Shown here: piece after piece, positions 60,957-64,000 of the stretch
Layout: each line of letters begins with the position of its first letter
Numbering within the stretch: position 1 is the first letter of the stretch
Source of the DNA: Podarcis pityusensis
Lineage: Eukaryota
Length of the DNA stretch: 64,000 nucleotides
NCBI GenBank assembly: GCA_964106645.2
Contig: OZ067042.1
Strand: one strand, 5' to 3'
Made by a program: the position numbers and the translations under genes
Notes under the pieces: model-generated
Database searches by the model: none
Told to the model about the DNA's origin: nothing
The model's input: the letters and a program-made list of their open reading frames with translations, nothing else

Positions 60957-62016
60957 AGTAGGTGTGATCAGTCCCATCTGCATTCCTTCATCAGTACTGC
61001 ACCATCAGTTGTTCTGAGAACATTCAGTGCCCTGTGGCACCCATCTATTTGATCTGTTAGTAACCCCTTTGTCTGGGCATTCCCAACAGTTAATGAAATC
61101 CCTGGCATCTAGTCACCAGAAATTAGATGCTGCTGCCTAGGAATCTGAATGTCCTTCTTCCTGGACTAAAAATCTGGTCACCTAGAAATCTGAAACTAGT
61201 TGCTAGAAATGTGAAGGTTTTTTTCCAGCTTTGCTTCTTGTCAGAGCTACTAGAAGAGCAGTGTGGGCCATTACTATCTAAGAGATTTCAGATATTTGCC
61301 AAGATTGCTTCAAGATTGCTTTGTAGGTTTATGCCTATTCAAGGCTCTTAAGCAAACCAATCAGTTCAGCAACCATGCTTCAATGATAAAATCAGTAAGC
61401 TCTGGCATAAGCTTTACAAATGGGAAGTTGCCCTGTAGGACCAAGCGTCCACAGTTCCTGTGTGTGGCTGAAATTGTACCTGCATCTGTAATGTTTGGGA
61501 ACGTACGTGGCCTTAAGAGAGCATATGAAGCAGACTTTATTTGTCACACGGCAATCGTGCTAGATGAATAAGAAAGTGAAAGGGGGGGGGAGTGTACAGA
61601 CCTAATGTGTAGTTTGAACTAAATATGCAACCTAAACCAAAAAAACTTATCAAGTCAAGAGACTGTAGATAGCACTGATAACCTCATAATGTAACGAGTG
61701 AGAGTGAGAGTGTGTTCATGCGTTAAAGACCAAAGTGCATTTTAACTTCAGAAGATTTTTTAGCAGGACATTGTACAACAATATAAAAACAAAGCTATAC
61801 CAGCAGACTATTATAAAACCAGAATCTAAAGGGTTTGAATTCTTCCAATGTTTGTGGTACCAGTTGTTGCTAAGGAGGAACCACATGCATACACATGAAA
61901 ACTGTCCTTATCCAGGGAGTTCCAGCCCAACCTGGAAGGGATTTGTTACGTGTTTGCCTGGCAGTGTATTTGGATTTACTTTTCTGGACCTTATTTGGGT
62001 ATTATATACACTTTAG

Positions 62017-62310
62017 CAGGGGTGGCTGAATTTAATTTAATTTAATTTAATTAAGGGTTACATTCACTTCAGCCATCCCTTTGAATCCACAAGCCAGCCA
62101 CGAGTGTCACCCCCCCTACTTGCTTGCATGCATAAATGCAGGTGTGTGTGCATGCATACATAGAGGCAGACAGTCCACCTCCTGGGCACGTCAACACTGT
62201 CTTTTCTTTTCCTGCTGCCAAAATAGGTGGGAACTTAAGAGTCAACGAAAGCTTGCATGGTGGACTGAATCAGGCCCTTGAACTGGGGTGATGGTGCTTA
62301 ACCACCCCTG
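62017..62310. mobile_element. Degenerate hAT element
   Basis: TIR CAGGGGTGG; 8-bp flanks CACTTTAG / CCCTATAG (6/8). Confidence 0.6.
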
Positions 62311-62484
62311 CCCTATAGCACATGAGAACCAATTTAAATGTGGTGTATACAGAACAGGTTGTATATGTGATTATTCTCTTTTTTACTAATATTTTCAATA
62401 CATGGATAGAATGAGCTGGCATCCATGCATGTATCACGATGGCTCCTCCTGAACAACTGGTAACACAAACAATGCAATAATTTA

Positions 62485-62910
62485 AGAGGAGCCCTGCTGG
62501 GTTAGACCAAAGGTATCTAGTCCAGCATCCTGTTCTCACAGTGATCGGCCCCCAAGCAGGGCTAGAGTTCAAAAACACTCTCCCCACTTGTGCTCTCCAG
62601 TAACAGAATTCAGAGACATCCTTCCTCTGGCAGCAAAGGGAGTACACAACCATCAAGCCTAGCAGCCATTGAGAGCCTTATGCACTGTGAACTTGTCCAA
62701 TCTCCTTTCAAGGCCATCCAAGCTGGTGGCCATCATTACATCTTATGACAGCAGATCCCATAATTTAACTATGCACTGTGTATAAGAGGGGAGGGGGGCA
62801 TGACAGAGGTGTGAATTTATATGCACCTCTATCATATTGTCCTCTTTATCACCTTTTCCCTTAACTCAAAAACTTGGAAGTGTTGTAACCTTCCCTCATA
62901 AAGGAGTTGC
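62485..62910 (-). mobile_element. CR1 LINE 3' fragment
   Basis: GAGCCCTGCTGGGTTAGACCAAAGG..TAGTCCAGCATCCTGTTCTCACAGTG; homologous to 25110-25527. Confidence 0.65.
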
Positions 62911-64000
62911 CCTCTTACAGCTGCTGTTTGAGTTGTGACAGCCATAACTAGTTTGGGGTTTTTTACATTCTGCTGGTGTGGCTTTGCTTTTATATTTTGC
63001 ACAATTTCTTACAGAAGGAAAACTTTTTGAGACTGTCACACATTTAGGTCTTGGATACCCTCTCTTCTCCCCACACCATGTTGTCAGATTTATCAGTGTT
63101 ATCTACTGTCTGTTGACTATCAATAATATTTTGTTTTAGTTTGCACATCAAGTTAACTGAGATTTAAAATTATTTCTGTGCACTTTTCTCTAGTTTTGTT
63201 TTTGGTTGAGGCAAGATCATATTTCTGTTTTGTGTCGCTGCAATTGCGTCTCAACAAAAGTTATAATGCAGCTGGGCCCCAAAATGGAGACATAGCACAA
63301 TACAGACTTCTGCCTACCTTGTTTTTGGCTGGAGATGCCAGGGATTGAACGTGCGACTTTTGGCACGCTATGGGTCCCTCTTTTGTGCAACGTCTGTATG
63401 GAAATTAGAATGAGCCAGTGATCCTACAATTTCCTACCTGGGAGAAAAACCCAATGACAAAGTAGACTTAAGTTCTCAGTAATCACACACTGGGTTGGAC
63501 TGCATGTTTATAAAACCCTTCATGTGTTGACAGCTAACAGCTGGTGAACATTCTGGAAGATTTAATGAACTCAAATATACTATAAAACAGCCAATACCGC
63601 AAATTTCTCTTGTAAATATTTTAGAGTCCTACTTTCCAGAATGTTAATAAGGCAACTTTAGGAGGGCAGTTGCTGATGCAATTAACAGTTCTACCCCCAA
63701 GACTCTAGGAACATTTGGTTGTCACGTGTAGCTTGCAATGCTCTGCATGAAAGACACACATGCACTTATTGCTGAAACAAACTACAGCAAATAAATTCTG
63801 ACAACAAAACACCGTAGCAATACAGGTATAGACAAAATGATCCTTAAGCTCATATTTGCAAATCCGAACTCTCTGTTTTATTAACTGAAACAAACCAAAA
63901 ATTTCAAGGGAAAAAGGTGGGGTGGGGGAAAGTCTAAAAACCAAATATTCTTAGTATATGTGTATATGTGTATGTTGTTGTAGCAGTATGGAACTCTACA

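Larger units (their letters stand above)
52050..64000 (-). other. Putative 3' UTR or downstream region of the upstream neighbour gene (TET1 by synteny); AATAAA at 52078-52083
   Basis: No coding exons; U-rich minus strand; AATAAA followed by a U-rich downstream element. The gene identity is inferred only from the TET1-CCAR1-STOX1 order. Confidence 0.35.

Overview
Squamate (lizard) genomic DNA; the Sauria-type SINEs suggest a lacertid. All genes lie on the minus strand. (1) CCAR1 is nearly complete: non-coding exon 1 in a CpG island at about 49.3 kb, then 23 visible coding exons from the ATG at 47994 to the TGA at 24425, all GT-AG with matching phases. Exon 14 is not visible and probably lies in the 300-N gap at 33070-33369. 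(2) The C/D box snoRNA SNORD98 sits in CCAR1 intron 12. (3) STOX1 coding exons 1 and 2 are present with a CpG-island promoter, and the gene continues beyond the window start. (4) The 52-64 kb region has no coding exons and looks like a minus-strand 3' UTR, probably TET1 by the vertebrate TET1-CCAR1-STOX1 gene order. Interspersed repeats include Sauria SINEs with TSDs, hAT MITEs with 8-bp TSDs, TA-flanked Tc1/mariner-type MITEs, CR1 and L2 fragments, MIR-like and 5S-derived SINE relics, and short palindromic repeats. I see no convincing wholly new biological system. The best leads are candidate unannotated alternative or poison exons around CCAR1 exon 14, the unusual intron position of SNORD98, MITEs carrying promoter-type motifs, and a possibly very long TET1 3' UTR. 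Most short ORFs in the supplied track are noise. Comparisons with human sequences are from memory and were not run against a database.
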